A model generated the notes under the pieces. The model was not told where the DNA came from, made no database searches, and worked only from the letters and a program-made list of their open reading frames with translations. This document shows, in pieces, positions 12,285 through 25,047 of a DNA stretch of 64,000 nt (positions within the stretch are counted from its first letter, which is position 1; every line of letters begins with the position of its first letter). A program made the translations under genes and the position numbers. Source of the DNA: Catajapyx aquilonaris (lineage: Eukaryota); assembly GCA_000934665.2 (NCBI GenBank), contig JYFJ02002011.1:1-64000 (forward strand), read 5' to 3'.

Positions 12285-12880
12285 GAGGCTGTTACATCTG
12301 GAGTCAACAGTACAAGGGTTAATGGATAGCTTTACAGAAACAAAAATATTTACTTGTAGGACAGATCATTGTTAATAGTCAGCCATTTTCTTGGACACAT
12401 TAGTGTCCTTCATTTTGCTTTCAAAAGTGCACTTTCTAATATAGGATATAAGTAAAGATCGGATTTCTAGATTTGGTACACTTTCATTATGTAGGGATCG
12501 AGATAACCAAAATATCTATATCCGTTTTATAACAAAAGGACCTCAAAAATCGTAGTTTTATAATATATTTATGATAGAACCTAAAGTAACATTGCATGTT
12601 TCGGGCGTTGGAACCTACATGCCATATGGCATATTAGTGCCCGCTATTTACACCTTTTTGTCGCCGTTCTGTAAGATTCTTGTGAGATCTGGGGGTTGTC
12701 TGTTCAAGTCATTCCTCCCGCTTCCATCTGTCATACATTAGCCAATTAGGGACTTCCATTGACCAAGGCCTTCCCCTCTTTTTATAAGGACATCTTACAA
12801 GTGATTGTGCAATTAATTCCCGACTATGGAAGCCCAGAGATTAACAGTATGACTGTGAGAAATAACAACTAGAAATTGGG

Positions 12881-13089
12881 CTGCTGCATACCTTCAAGGG
12901 ACACAAGATGGCCTGGAGAATAAGGTGCCCCTCATCATTTGGTTGTTGGAGTAGTTGCATGCACTACCACACTGTTATGTTGCATTCGAGTTTTTAGCAC
13001 ACCAGAGCATACATGGCATGTTGGAGCATGATGGGAGAGAGATCCTGCCTGTGGTTCCACAGTTCATCATGTCAATCAACAGTGTGTTG
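12881..13089 (+). pseudogene. Pacrg: PACRG-like decayed fragment
   Basis: LLHTFKGHKMAWR and FEFLAHQSIHGMLEHDGREILPVVPQFIMSINS versus recalled PACRG LEHDSKGNKIAWK and [33 protein letters not shown]; the linker between them is disrupted. Confidence 0.75.
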
Positions 13090-15255
13090 CAACTTGCCAT
13101 GCAGTAAAATAAAATGTGCACAACTATCTTACAGTCACGTTCCAGCATATATGGTTACCGTTTAATTACTCCCATCCATCCATCGCCTCCTAAAGGCTTA
13201 ATGTGAGGTAAGGGATCTCCAGTTCTCATAGGGATCTCCCCCCAAATAACTACTCAATTTATTGGATTTTCTCATTTAATTCCTAATTATAAGTGATAGG
13301 CCTACATAATTATATGCGCTTCCTGCCCTGTCCACTCTGATGCCCAGGACTTCCCATCACTCTCCTATGGTCATCCTTCTGGTCCTCACTCCAGTTCCAG
13401 ACCAGTCTGGCAGCCTGCCTCTCTTGTTTCTCCTTCCTCTGGCTTGTTTCTTCTCCTCCTGTTTGTCTGCCCATCAGTCTATTTATACTCATGTATACCA
13501 TACACGAGTATGTATAATTCATGTGTGGCTTCCACCCCATGCCCTGACTAAGGGTGATGTATGTGACACTCCCCCGGGCCGCTCAAAGATGGTGACCCAC
13601 CTGGATCACGGACAACCCCAGGGCAAAGTTCAGACCGCCGACTGAGGCCTGTCCACATAGTGAAGTTCACACACGTAGATGCACCCAAACAATCACTATC
13701 AGCCACTACAGGCCGGTGGGCACTATGCCAACTAAGGACCACATGAAGTTAACTAGGGCAATGAGTCACACAGGAGGAAAATCAAATGGTTGTCATCTTT
13801 AAAAAATTGAGTGTCCAAAATAGTTCACACCAAGACATCAAAGTACACAGGAACAGGCAACGCACACACATGCACAAACAAAAAAATGAAGTGGATAAGG
13901 GTTACCCCATAAAATATCGGGCCAGGGCAAACAACATGTATTCTCATAGTCAATCACCTGGTCAATCATCCAAATACTGTAAATGAAATTAACAACAGCA
14001 AATTGCACTAAGCGTGGTAGCAAAAAAAGAAGTGAATATGCAGTATAGTTCCAAAAAGTATGATGTCAAACAATATTCAGTTTTTAACAAATCAACAAAA
14101 CTAGATTCGCCATTTGTGCATACGGGACAACTCATGGCAATGTCGTCCTCCCATGGCTCGACACCGTAGACACAAATGATTGCAACTTCAAAGTAGATTG
14201 GAGGTGTGCATGGTTCAACAAATATTAATTTACACAAATGCCGGAAACAAAAGGAATTCCCAACTATTATAGCCAATATTCTCCATGCATACTCAAAATA
14301 ACTCCAATCACCCCTTCATAAAAATTCACGGTACATTGTTCCAAAAATTATGGAAAATTTATCATTCGCATCCGGCCAAGCAACATCCAATATATACACA
14401 AAATCATCAAATTGAACAAGTCATTCTTGAAGTAATCCAGGGAAGTTTAAAATTTCTTCTACATGATAGGCTATTAACATACGATGGGATAATTATTATG
14501 CACCTTGTCTGCCCTCGTACAACCAATCCAACTAATTGGTGCTCCAATATATTGTAAAATAAATTTTCAATGAAGGTGTGCTATGCCGCATGAGACAAGT
14601 CATATGTATTTAAGTAAGACGCTTTTTCTCGTCACAAAATCCTGAATTAGTTCACAAATTCAAATATGATACAAGCAACAATCACTTGGAGATGTGCACA
14701 GTGTTTGCATCAGGTAGTTAAATTATTATTACCATGTAATACAAAAAAAGCTACAACATGCATGTTGTATCATGCCAAGCAACTGCACAGTAGGCTCCTC
14801 AAATTTTCAAAATTATGAGAATATAAATTTTGGCCTTTACCACTGTTTTGTTCTTTGTATGTGGAACCAACAATTAATAAACTAAATGATGTAACATTAA
14901 AGATTCAATTGACAGTTATGGAAAGTTCATATCCCATGTCACATACAAGTATAGGCTGTATTGTATAATAAAACAATCCAAACTAACAGAAACATTCTCC
15001 CAGGTCAATTTGAAGGCGAAAAATATCAAATAGGCCTACAAAATAATGAAAAATACATGCATGAAAAATGGCTACAATTATAGTAAATACATGTAACTAC
15101 TAAATAGACAAGATAGTGAACCAAGATGTTTTAGGTTGTCAACTGAGCTTTAAAAAAATTTGAGATGGGAAAAAAACTTATGTACCAATATTTTGTAACC
15201 TCATGCTAGGATGGGGCCCTCTTGGGGGAGGGGAGGTTCCCAAGATATAAAGATC

Positions 15256-15459
15256 TTAAATAGAGAGCTTCCAGTCATTTCGGACCCTCTTAAATAGCAG
15301 ACCTTTTCTCTTGGACCTGGGCAGAGAAGCGAGTGCAAGTCTGCCCGGACATGTCCGGTGAAAAGCAGAAAAAGGCGCTACCAAGCAAAGGTGACAGGGA
15401 CGGGATTTGAACCCGGCTGGCCAGAAGCCTAGCATAGCCACTAGACCACCATGCCCCCC
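15256..15459 (-). mobile_element. tRNA-derived SINE fragment
   Basis: Minus strand gggggcatggtggtctagtggcta...gggttcaaatccc (A/B boxes) followed by a non-tRNA body. Confidence 0.65.
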
Positions 15460-15654
15460 TACGTACCAATAATCCAATAATCATAATGTCAAAAAATATC
15501 AGAATCTCCCATTATTTTCTGTCCTTGACACATGCCCTTTTCTTCAGGAACTTGGTTCTGAACATTTATCATGTCATGTCTTCATGAAAACATCATGCAT
15601 TCATGCATGTAGAGCATAATTTCCATCACTCATTATGATCCTCACTGAACGGAA

Positions 15655-15801
15655 AGAAAATAACAGACAGTAAGATCAATAGAAAAGACAATCAAAAAGA
15701 AACTAAACCAATTAATAAATCTCATTGAACAAAACGCAATGATTAAATCTTTAGAATAAAACCCAGCCAAAAAAGGTATGCCACATAAAGCCAAATTACT
15801 T
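15655..15801 (-). pseudogene. nad5: NUMT: mitochondrial nad5 fragment
   Basis: SNLALCG(ATA=M)PFLAGFYSKDLII...SM(AGA=S)FINWFSFFL...LTVCY is the ND5 signature under the invertebrate mitochondrial code. Confidence 0.9.
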
Positions 15802-16843
15802 TCTTCCGTGAACTTCGTTTCATTATCACCTTTAACGCCACACACATTTCTCGCAAAAGCGAAGGACTCAAGTTCTCCCAAATTAATTTTTTTCGATGCA
15901 ACGAGAGCTACAGTGCAAGTGAGAATGATCAGTTCTTGCATTTTTCGATCGATTCACAAAATAACTCCCCTGGCCATAAAGACTCTTCCCCATTATTGCT
16001 CATACCAATGTCCTTTTTTTTCTACACACACAATATTCATCTGTGGCCTCATTCTCACTTAACCCTGGCTTCAAGTATTCTAATTTCAAAAGCTCATTTC
16101 ATCTCAGTGCACCATAATAATTACATTCAATACTAATTCAAGGAATTCTGAGCCTTTGGCCTGATATTTTCCAGCAGGATGTTGCGCCATTGCTACCTAC
16201 CTGACTGGAAGTTCCTTGTTGCACCCGTAAAATGTGGGCCTAATTTTATAATGCAACACATTGCAAACTTGTTTCGAAAGGGGAGTGTCATTTTGAATCT
16301 TTCAAAGAAAGGAGTGCTACCAGCCAAGGTGCTCGTTCATCCATACTCATCCTGCATGGCTATTACAACACTGAATTCTTGGCTACTTTGTGCAAGTTAT
16401 TATTGCATGACGTGAATTAAAACTTGCCCTCATAAAAGTGAGTAGCCTATAATGCTGACATTTTTTTAGTTGAAGGATGCAGGCTCACTGTTAATGGTCT
16501 TCTGTCGAGATTCGGCAAGCTTACACTGGCAGGAGTTTGATGTCAAATTTTTGCTCTTTTGTCTTTATTTGCTTCAGGGAATACACGAGTATCGTTAATG
16601 GGAGATGGGTTGATAGAAGCATGTCAATAGGAAGAAAAAAAAGTGTGACTCATTGTGCAAGCAGAAGCAGATGTAGACTCAGTGTAGACTACCTCACACG
16701 ATATAGAATGTGCCCCATTTTTTGCAGGTGAATCATTTGTATACCATTATTTAAAATTCCAATCAAAGGTTATTAATATTAGGATGTGTGTAGCGTACCC
16801 ATCCTGTAGGTAAGGGTGCACTTTAGCCCTTCCCTAAATTTCA

Positions 16844-16882
<39 letters not shown>

Positions 16883-16949
16883 CTGAATCTACTTGACGAG
16901 CTGAGCTGAATGAGAGTAGGCTTTTCGTACTTCGTGGGGAGCTGAAATG

Positions 16950-17375
16950 TTCTTGGGGGATTGTTTGCAGGTCCCCTCAGGATTGTCAGAATCCTCAGAT
17001 GCTAAAGCCTTGCATAAAATGGAGTAGTATTTGCACATAACCTGCGCACATCCTTAAATCATTTCTAGAGTACATACAGTATAGTACCTAATACGATGTA
17101 AAAAATTGTTATACTGTACTGTTTAGGAGGAAATGGAGTAAAAAATTATGCACATGTTCAGTACAGTTGCAACGATAGGCCTAACTACATGAGACAGTAC
17201 AAACATGCCAGCAACACAGCAGGTATGCCTAAACATCACTTCATTAGCATAGATTCAACAGAGTTCTCAGTGTAAGGAAATATATAGTCATTTTGTCTTT
17301 CCGATTATTTTTTTTCCTGAATATTTTCGGCGGCTGGTTGAATCCACAGATGCCAAGCCATTGGGATAACTGCAG
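16950..17375 (+). mobile_element. TcMar-Tigger non-autonomous element resembling mammalian MER2/MER2B (remnant of a second copy at about 22380-22482, minus)
   Basis: ataaaatggagtagtatttgcacataacctgcgcacatcc, ttgttatactgtactgtttagg, catgttcagtacag, tgaatattttcg..ggttgaatcc occur in the same order as in the recalled MER2 consensus. Confidence 0.75.
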
Positions 17376-19199
17376 AGTTTGTGTCGCTAGAAATGAAGGC
17401 GGTGTTTCAAATAAAAATTATGTCCCACGACTTCTGTTCCAACTCATGCATATGGCAGCTAATTTTTTCAGGTGTGTGATTTGAAACCTTACATTTTTCT
17501 TTGCTAAGGTCAACCCATTTGGCTTCCCTGAATTCCTTTAAGGAGCACCTCTGAATGACCCTTGTTGCCTTATATTCCTCCTGTAGTGGAACAAATGCAA
17601 AGCTTCACATTTTCTGAACTGCTGGGTTGTGATCATGGAACACTGCAAGTCAAACTGTATTCAACTACATGCAACTTATGATGTAATATTTCACTTTGCA
17701 ATGAATGAAATCCTGAAGGTTTTCTGCTTGTACGGTCAGTTCATGATACAAGAAGAACTGGTGGCTGATTCTATACGACTTGGACATGGATGTGGTCATT
17801 TTGATGACGACATTCCTGACGCTTACGGCTAGTTGTATACATGTGGAGGAGTTTCACACCAGTTAAAATTTTTAACTGACCCTGGTGATGGCTCATGCTA
17901 CTTGAAGACATTAAGGTTCACTACTTATGGTCATATTCTCAGGCTCTTCCGTGAACTTTTATGGTTCAGTACCATGAGAAAAATAATTCTCTGTAATAGC
18001 TTGTGTGATTTCTTCCTGGCATTCTCGGTGTAAAAACCAAGGCATTTGGGTTAAGAGTTACTCTTTGTTTTTATGGCAAATCCCTGCGAGGCTGGTGCTG
18101 GGCTATCATCCACACTCACCTGTCACAAGTATTGGAGTCCTGATCAACAGGTGATGCCCTGCAGAGAGTCTCTACCCCTACCGAATATGCTCAAGAACTT
18201 TCTGATGTTTGGGGACATTGACTTGACTATATTTTCTGAAAGGGCCCAAGCTGGGTTAAGAACCAGAATGGCACTTTTTCACTTGTGGTTTATGAATAAT
18301 CCCCAGTAGTTAGCTGTCTTATTGAGATGGTAATGGCCTGATAATGAATCATCACACATACGAGTTGATTCCATCCCATTCAAAAAGCCTACCAATGCTG
18401 GGACTACATCAAGGGCTCAGTCATAATCTACTTGAACATATACAAAGATTCGAAGCTCCTGGAAAATCAACACTGAACAGCAAGCGACAAAATCACAACA
18501 ATAAGCTGCCTTGTACCTTTTGGGACAGCTACAATAATTCCAAAAGAGACATGATGGTAGCAATTATTTTGTTTATGAGAAGTGACAGTAGGGATGCATG
18601 TTGGTAATGAGTGAGTTGGAAGCCACTTTCCTCGGGAAACAAGGCATTTGGGTTCAGATTAATACTTTGCTTTTAAGGTGAGTCCTTGCAAGGCAGATGC
18701 CAGGCTGTTAGCCGCACTCACCTGTGACCAGTATTGGGTACTGATGGAGGCAGGGTGTGAATCTAATGAAACTGGGCAGAAGGGTGGTTGACACTGCATC
18801 ATGCCACAGGAATGGATACAGGAGGCGAGAGATTTTTCAGTCTAGTTCCGACTTCCATTTAACCGATTTTACAAGTCTGATGCATTGCTTGCACAGTTGC
18901 AAAGGTATTGGTGAAAAGGGTGACACACGAGGCATACATTACTATTGATGCATTATTAACAGTTTTCCTGAAATGGCAACTAACGATGTGTTGTGTCTTG
19001 CCTGCCAGTACGGCTGAGTGCATCTCACATTTAGAAAATTATTTTTCAATTTCTGTTTGGACTGAAAGCGCTGCCTACTACTTGCCACCTAATATAATAG
19101 AGCATTTAAAATTAATACATCATGCCTCCTAATGACTTTTAAACTGGCCAATTTTTTAGGGTCGACCATAAATGTTTGTCTTATTACAGTCTGCAGTGA

Positions 19200-21020
19200 A
19201 ATAATAATAATAAGTGTTTATTACCACACCTCTGCGACGTTAATTACATCCAGAGTGGTGGTGGGGGGGGGGGGGGGGTAGAGTCTCAGATACATCACAA
19301 AATCTTAAATTTTTTACCAAGGCACAAAAAAAGAAATACATGTTTGTGGCATATCTGGGAAGATTCCAAATTAAAACATGATTGAACCGGTCTGGAGGTG
19401 ATTACGGAAACTCCCGTAAGTATTTCAGTCTTGGCACTGAGCCGAAAGTACACTCATAAATCACATGAAACAGGTCAGATCTGTCGGGGATATTACATAA
19501 GGAACAGTTACTTTCTGAATTCAGCGGAATCCTATAGCCATTTATAAATAAATACTGTGAGCTGTTACGTAAATTTATAATTAGTCTCTTTATAGGCAAT
19601 GGCAGCGGAGAGAGAAGATATTGCTCAAGATGAAAATCAACTTTAATTTCCTTGTACAGCTCATATGTATGCGATCTTGCCAAACTTCGCCTGTCCAACT
19701 CTATAAATGATCAGGTCCCTTACACAGGAAGAGTCAGCCATCACTAGACCTTGTTGCCAGTGTTCCCAAGACATTCCGGCCTTTGCGAAAAGTCTATCAC
19801 AGTTGTTATTCCACGGTATGTCTATGTCTAGTCTTGTTTTCAGATAATTGTAAGTTTCAGCTAGTATACTCTTTGCGTTTTCATTTTCCTTCAGCTTTAG
19901 GAGAAACTTAATGATAATTTGAGTACACTGACATAAAGATGTCTCCTGCTGGTTTCAAACCTGAGGAATTAGCCAGCTGTTCTAACAGGGAGACCCAGGA
20001 ACTTTTTTAGAAAAAACGTCTGCACCTTTTCTAGATCTTCCAGGTTTACTAGTGCCCATATCGGCAAATGATATAAGCAGACCGGTAATACTTGCGCATT
20101 AAATAACTGGAGAGCAGGAGACAGATATTTAACCCTTAACCACCAACCTTTTTGGAGCCCACAATGTAGTTAATACCATCGCGATTAATAAATTTGGCAT
20201 GAAATGAAAAATAACAGGCCTATATTCCTCAGACACACTTTCTTCGATCCAATGAAAAACTTTAACATCAGTAGAAATTTTTACCGGTACTTTTATGTTG
20301 CTAAACGTCGTAGCCAATGTACATAATTTTTTAGAGAACACATCACAGCGCATCACAGAAAATGGTATTTTATAAAGTGTGAGTGTTGTTATCCAGTAAT
20401 AAATATTACTCGGAACTAAAATCATGCATCCCAACTGGGGCACCTGCAGCTGGGAATGTTTACGTTATAAGCCATTACTTACGGCATCGAGCTGGAAGGC
20501 TACGAAGCTGCGATAACGGACTCTCAAGTCCCTTATGACTCAACTAATGATCATAGGACATCGATTTTTTTACACATACAGATGAGAATACATGCCGAAT
20601 TTAGCGGGGAAGAATGGCTTTAGTGCTATTAAGTAAAAAAAATTTTTTAATGAAAACCGCGTGGGGTCCTGAAAGACCCCAGGTCGTAGCCAATGTATGG
20701 AGAGATTCATGTTGGTGGTTAAGGGTTAATTTTGAGCATCACCATCATTGGTAAAATAGCATTTACTGTCACAAAACCTCTCGCCATAAAGTGCTTAGTC
20801 GTGTTATTGAACTTAGTAGAAGCATGGAAAGGAACTCCAAGATATTTATAATTGGTGGTGATTACTAGCAGTATGCCGTTCCAGAAAAACTTCACTTCCG
20901 CAGTAAGAACCCCACCTTTTCTAAAAATCAATACCTGTGTTTTTTCAACATTAACAGACAGACCAATTTCATCCAAATACAGCGCAAGTACATCTTTTGT
21001 TTGCAGTGAAATATAACTCT
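19200..21020 (-). mobile_element. 5'-truncated LINE (RT C-terminus to 3' tail)
   Basis: GLSVNVEKTQVLIFRKGG, YKYLGV, LEKVQTFFLK, CSLCN...DLFHVIYEC; (TTA)n tail at about 19200. Confidence 0.85.
20133..20725. mobile_element. piggyBac-like non-autonomous element inside the LINE
   Basis: TIR cccttaaccaccaac...gttggtggttaaggg; TTAA on both sides. Confidence 0.85.
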
Positions 21021-23799
21021 TTATGATATATGAATGCAACAAGGCTATTGTAAGCTTTCCATGGAGCCCTGAAGTGGTATTTAACCTCCTTGAGTACACA
21101 TTCTGCCTGGTCAGTCTTTACTTACAACCAGTTTCTAGAAGGTCTGACGCTGATATTCAGCTGGAGATAATATATTTCTATCCACAACTAGTTTCCATAG
21201 GAAAGTGGCATCCAGCTGACTCATTACCAATATGCATCCCTACTGTCTCTTCTCATGAACAAAATAACACCTACCATCATGTCTCATTTGGAATTGATGC
21301 TGCCCCAATATAAAGGTACAAGGGAGCTTATTGTTGAGCTTTTGTCACTTGCTATGCAGTGTTGATTTTCCAGGAGCTTCAAATCTTTGTAGATGTTCAA
21401 GTAGATTATGACTGAGCCCTTGATGTAGTCCCAGCACTGATTGGCTTTTTGAATGGGATGGCATCAACTCGTACATGTGATGATTCATTATCAGGCCATT
21501 ACATCTCAATAAGACAGCTAACTACTGGGGATTATTCATAAACCACAAGTGAAAAAGTGCCATTCTAGTTCTGAACCCAGCTTGGGCCCTTTCAGAAAAT
21601 AGTCAAGTCAACGTCCCCAAACATCAGAAAGTTCTTGAGCATATTCGGTAGAGGTAGAGACTCTCGGCAGGGCATCACCTGTTGATCAGGACTCCAATAC
21701 TTGTGACAGGTGAGTGCGGATGACGGTCCAGCACCAGCCTCGCAGGGATTTGCCATAAAAACAAAGAGTAACTCTTAACCCAAATGCCTTGGTTTTTACA
21801 CCGAGAATGCCAGGAAGAAATCACACATGCTATTACAGAGAATTATTTTTCTCATGGTACTAAACCATAAAAGTTCACGGAAGAGCCTGAGAATATGACC
21901 ATAAGTAGTGAACCTTAATGTCTTCTAGTAGCGTGAGCCACCACAAGGGTCAGTTAAAAATTTTAACTGGTTGTGAAACTCCTCCACATATACAATTAGC
22001 CATAAGTGTCAGGAATGTCGTCGTCAAAATGACCACATCCAGATCCAAGTCGTATAAAATCAGCCACCAGTTGGTCTTGCATCATGAACGGCCCATACAA
22101 GCAGCAAACCTTCAGATTTCACTCAAAGTGAAACATTACATCATAAGTTGCATGTAGTTGAATACAGTTCGACTTGTAGTGTTCCATTATCACAACCCAG
22201 CAGTTCAGAAAATGTGAAGCCTTGCATTTGCTCCACCACAGGAGGAATACAAGGCAACAAGGGTCATTCAGAGATGCTCCTAAAATGGGTTGTCCGTAGC
22301 AAATAAAAATGTAAGGCTTCATATCACACACCTGAAAAATTAGCTGACAGTCATATGCATAGGTTGGAACACTGATAGAAAATATTCAGGGGAGGGAAAG
22401 ACACAGACAAACGTTTTTTTGTCATTCCTTCCTAAACAATACAGTATCGAAACGACTTACATTGTATTATGTATTAGAGATGAGGAAAGAAATATATTCT
22501 GTCCAGCTGAATATTACCATCAGACATTCTCGAAACTGGTTGTAAGTAAAGACTACCCAGGCCGAATCTGTACTCATGGAGGTCAAATATCACTTCCGAG
22601 CTTCATGGAAAGCTTACATTATTCTTGTTGTATTCTATTATAAAGAGTTCTATTGCCCTGCAGACTGTAATAAGACAAACATTTATGGTCAACCCTAAAA
22701 AATTGTCCAGTTTTAAAGTCATTAGGAGGCTTGATGTCATGAATTTTAAACACAGGTCATTACATTAGGTGGCAAGTAGTCAGCATTCATCGCAAACAGC
22801 AATAATTGAAAATGTTACGTAACTGTCGTTTGGATCGTTACGTAACACATTGCCCCACCCATTAACAGTGAGCCTCCCTCCCAAAACGCATTGTTACTGT
22901 AACTTAAAAATATAATCAGTACCATACCAGTACTCACTTTTATGAAGGAAAGTTATAATGCACAAATCACCCAATAACTTTCAAACAGTAGCCAAGACCT
23001 CATTGTGATAGTAGCCATGCAGGATGATTCTGGATGAACTAGCACTGTAGATTTTAGCACTCCCTTCTTGGAAATATTCAAAATGACACTCACCTTTCAA
23101 AACAAGTTGGCAGAGTGTTGCATTAAAAAATTAGGTCTACATCAATTTCACGCGTGCAACAAAGGAACTTCCAGTCAGGTAGGTACGGATGGGGAAATAT
23201 CAGTCTGAACTAGGGCTGTTGCTGGGCTGTTGCAAGAGCTGCAAGAGATTGCAGTGTCAGAGATATGCAAATTGAGGGGCTACATGGTTGGAAACAAGGA
23301 TTACATCAGAGACGTACGATATAGATCATTGCCCAAGGGTAATCCACGCACATGACTCTGTTGATAATGTAGTTTAAAAATCTTATTTTCTCTGAAGACA
23401 CTAACGTGCCACACTAACTTATTATGGCTGGTGAGGAAAAATAATTTTTTATCTTAGGCCTTACCTTGACAAAACACAGTAAAATTAGGCGAACCTATTC
23501 ATGTGGATGTCCCTGTACTGACGCTCAACTCAGACATGACATCATTGGTGTGATAAGCCTCTTCCTCCTCCACATATTGTGTTCTGGACACCCGACACCC
23601 TGTTGGATTGCTCAAACTGCTAACGGAAATGAGGGCAAATGCCAAGGTGAATCATGCAAATGCGTACATATGGCCATAATGTTGTGACGATGCAGGGAAA
23701 GTAGAGAGCTGGGGATCATACAAAGCTTACTCGTAAACATGAAAGGCATCTTAGCATGCCAGAAAAGCATTCTAACACCAGTTGCAAGGGAAATAGGAT

Positions 23800-24330
23800 G
23801 GGGAATGGGTTTGCTAAATTGTTAGAATATAAGCTGCAGTACTGGTACCATATAATCGAATAAAATTATTTGGAATAATGAGAAGTAGTGCAGTAGTTCC
23901 AAACCAATGAACAAATAACTTAGTTTAAAAGTAATACTGCTGCTGGCCCGGACTTAATATCAAACACCTTCTTAAAAATAAGTTCCCTGGGTGTTTTTGA
24001 TTCTCTGTTAACCTTTCTTTAAATAGATGTTTAACTGCAGCCACGATACCTGAGAATTGGGCTCGAGCAATGGTAGTTCTGATATTTAAAAATGGGGACT
24101 GTAATGACCCTTATAATTATTACAGGCCAATCTCATTGGTGAATAATATGCTTAAACTTTTTTACTTCAATTTTGGCAAAACGCAACTTGTTAAAATGGT
24201 GTGAGAAAACCTGTTTTTTTCTCAGATACCCAAGCGGCTGTTAGGCCTAACTGCGGCTGCCTGTATGTACCATATTATTATACACTTTAATCATATCTGT
24301 TGGTACAGCGATATACATATTAATCCACCT
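23800..24330 (+). mobile_element. LINE RT N-terminal fragment
   Basis: AAGPDLI, TIPENWARAMVVLIFKNGDCNDPYNY(fs)RPISLVN. Confidence 0.85.
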
Positions 24331-24429
24331 AAAGGGAAATTGAAGCGTTTCTCGGTATAATCCCATATGTCAAGCGACAACAATTTTCCAGGAAACAAAC
24401 AAAAAATGACCATGGATCACTTAATTGAC

Positions 24430-24627
24430 CAAGGGGTTAACCACTCGACTGTAAAGTGTACACTGGAGTCCCAAAATGCAAGGAGTACCAAGGAGTACCA
24501 AAGAGTAAGGTACCTATAAGGAGTACCTGGGTGTATTATCAGGTTCAAATACTTTTGGCCAAAAGTATTTGAACCCGATAGTACCACTGCAGGTGTACAC
24601 CGGAGTACCGAAGTGGTTAACCCCTTG
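24430..24627. mobile_element. P-element-like MITE (ggagtacc family)
   Basis: TIR caaggggttaaccact; 8-bp TSD taattgac; related copies at 51728 and 54404. Confidence 0.88.
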
Positions 24628-24728
24628 TAATTGACTTAGCCAGTTTGTTAAATGTTAGTGTACATATATGATACACACTTGCATTCAACTATGCAAATGA
24701 GACACTACAATGTTATTTTAAATTATCA

Positions 24729-25047
24729 CCGAAGCAGTAGTGGTGGAGTGGATAGGGTGTCCGACTGCTAATCGGGAGGTCCTGGGTTCGAATCCTGGAG
24801 GCCGGTGACCCTGACCATGGTTTTCTGTGGTTTCCCATGGTCCTAGCAGGATAATTCCGGGGTCGTTACCGTAATATAGGCCACAGCCGCTTCCTTCCTT
24901 CCCTTTCCCTGCTTCATTCCGATGATGAGAAAAATAGTAAAAATGGAAGAGTTCCAGACAAAAAATTGGGAGAAATCCCCCCCNCCCCCCCCCCCCCTAG
25001 AAAAGCCCGGTAGGCTGATAATGGGGTATCAAATAATTAAATTATTA
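24729..25047 (+). mobile_element. tRNA-derived SINE, family A
   Basis: Same head and body as the 2477 and 9797 copies; TSD ttattttaaattatca. Confidence 0.9.

Larger units (their letters stand above)
16170..23200. repeat. Diverged, rearranged inverted duplication (16170-16500 with 22860-23200; 17440-18520 with 21320-22360; 19060-19200 with 22660-22790)
   Basis: Long reverse-complement matches read by eye, e.g. ctacctgactggaagttcc / ggaacttccagtcaggtag. Confidence 0.9.

Noticed and set aside
14300..14430. Selenoprotein or TGA recoding in the decayed frame
   Set aside because: No SECIS or selenoprotein motif recognised; nonsense mutations are the simpler explanation.
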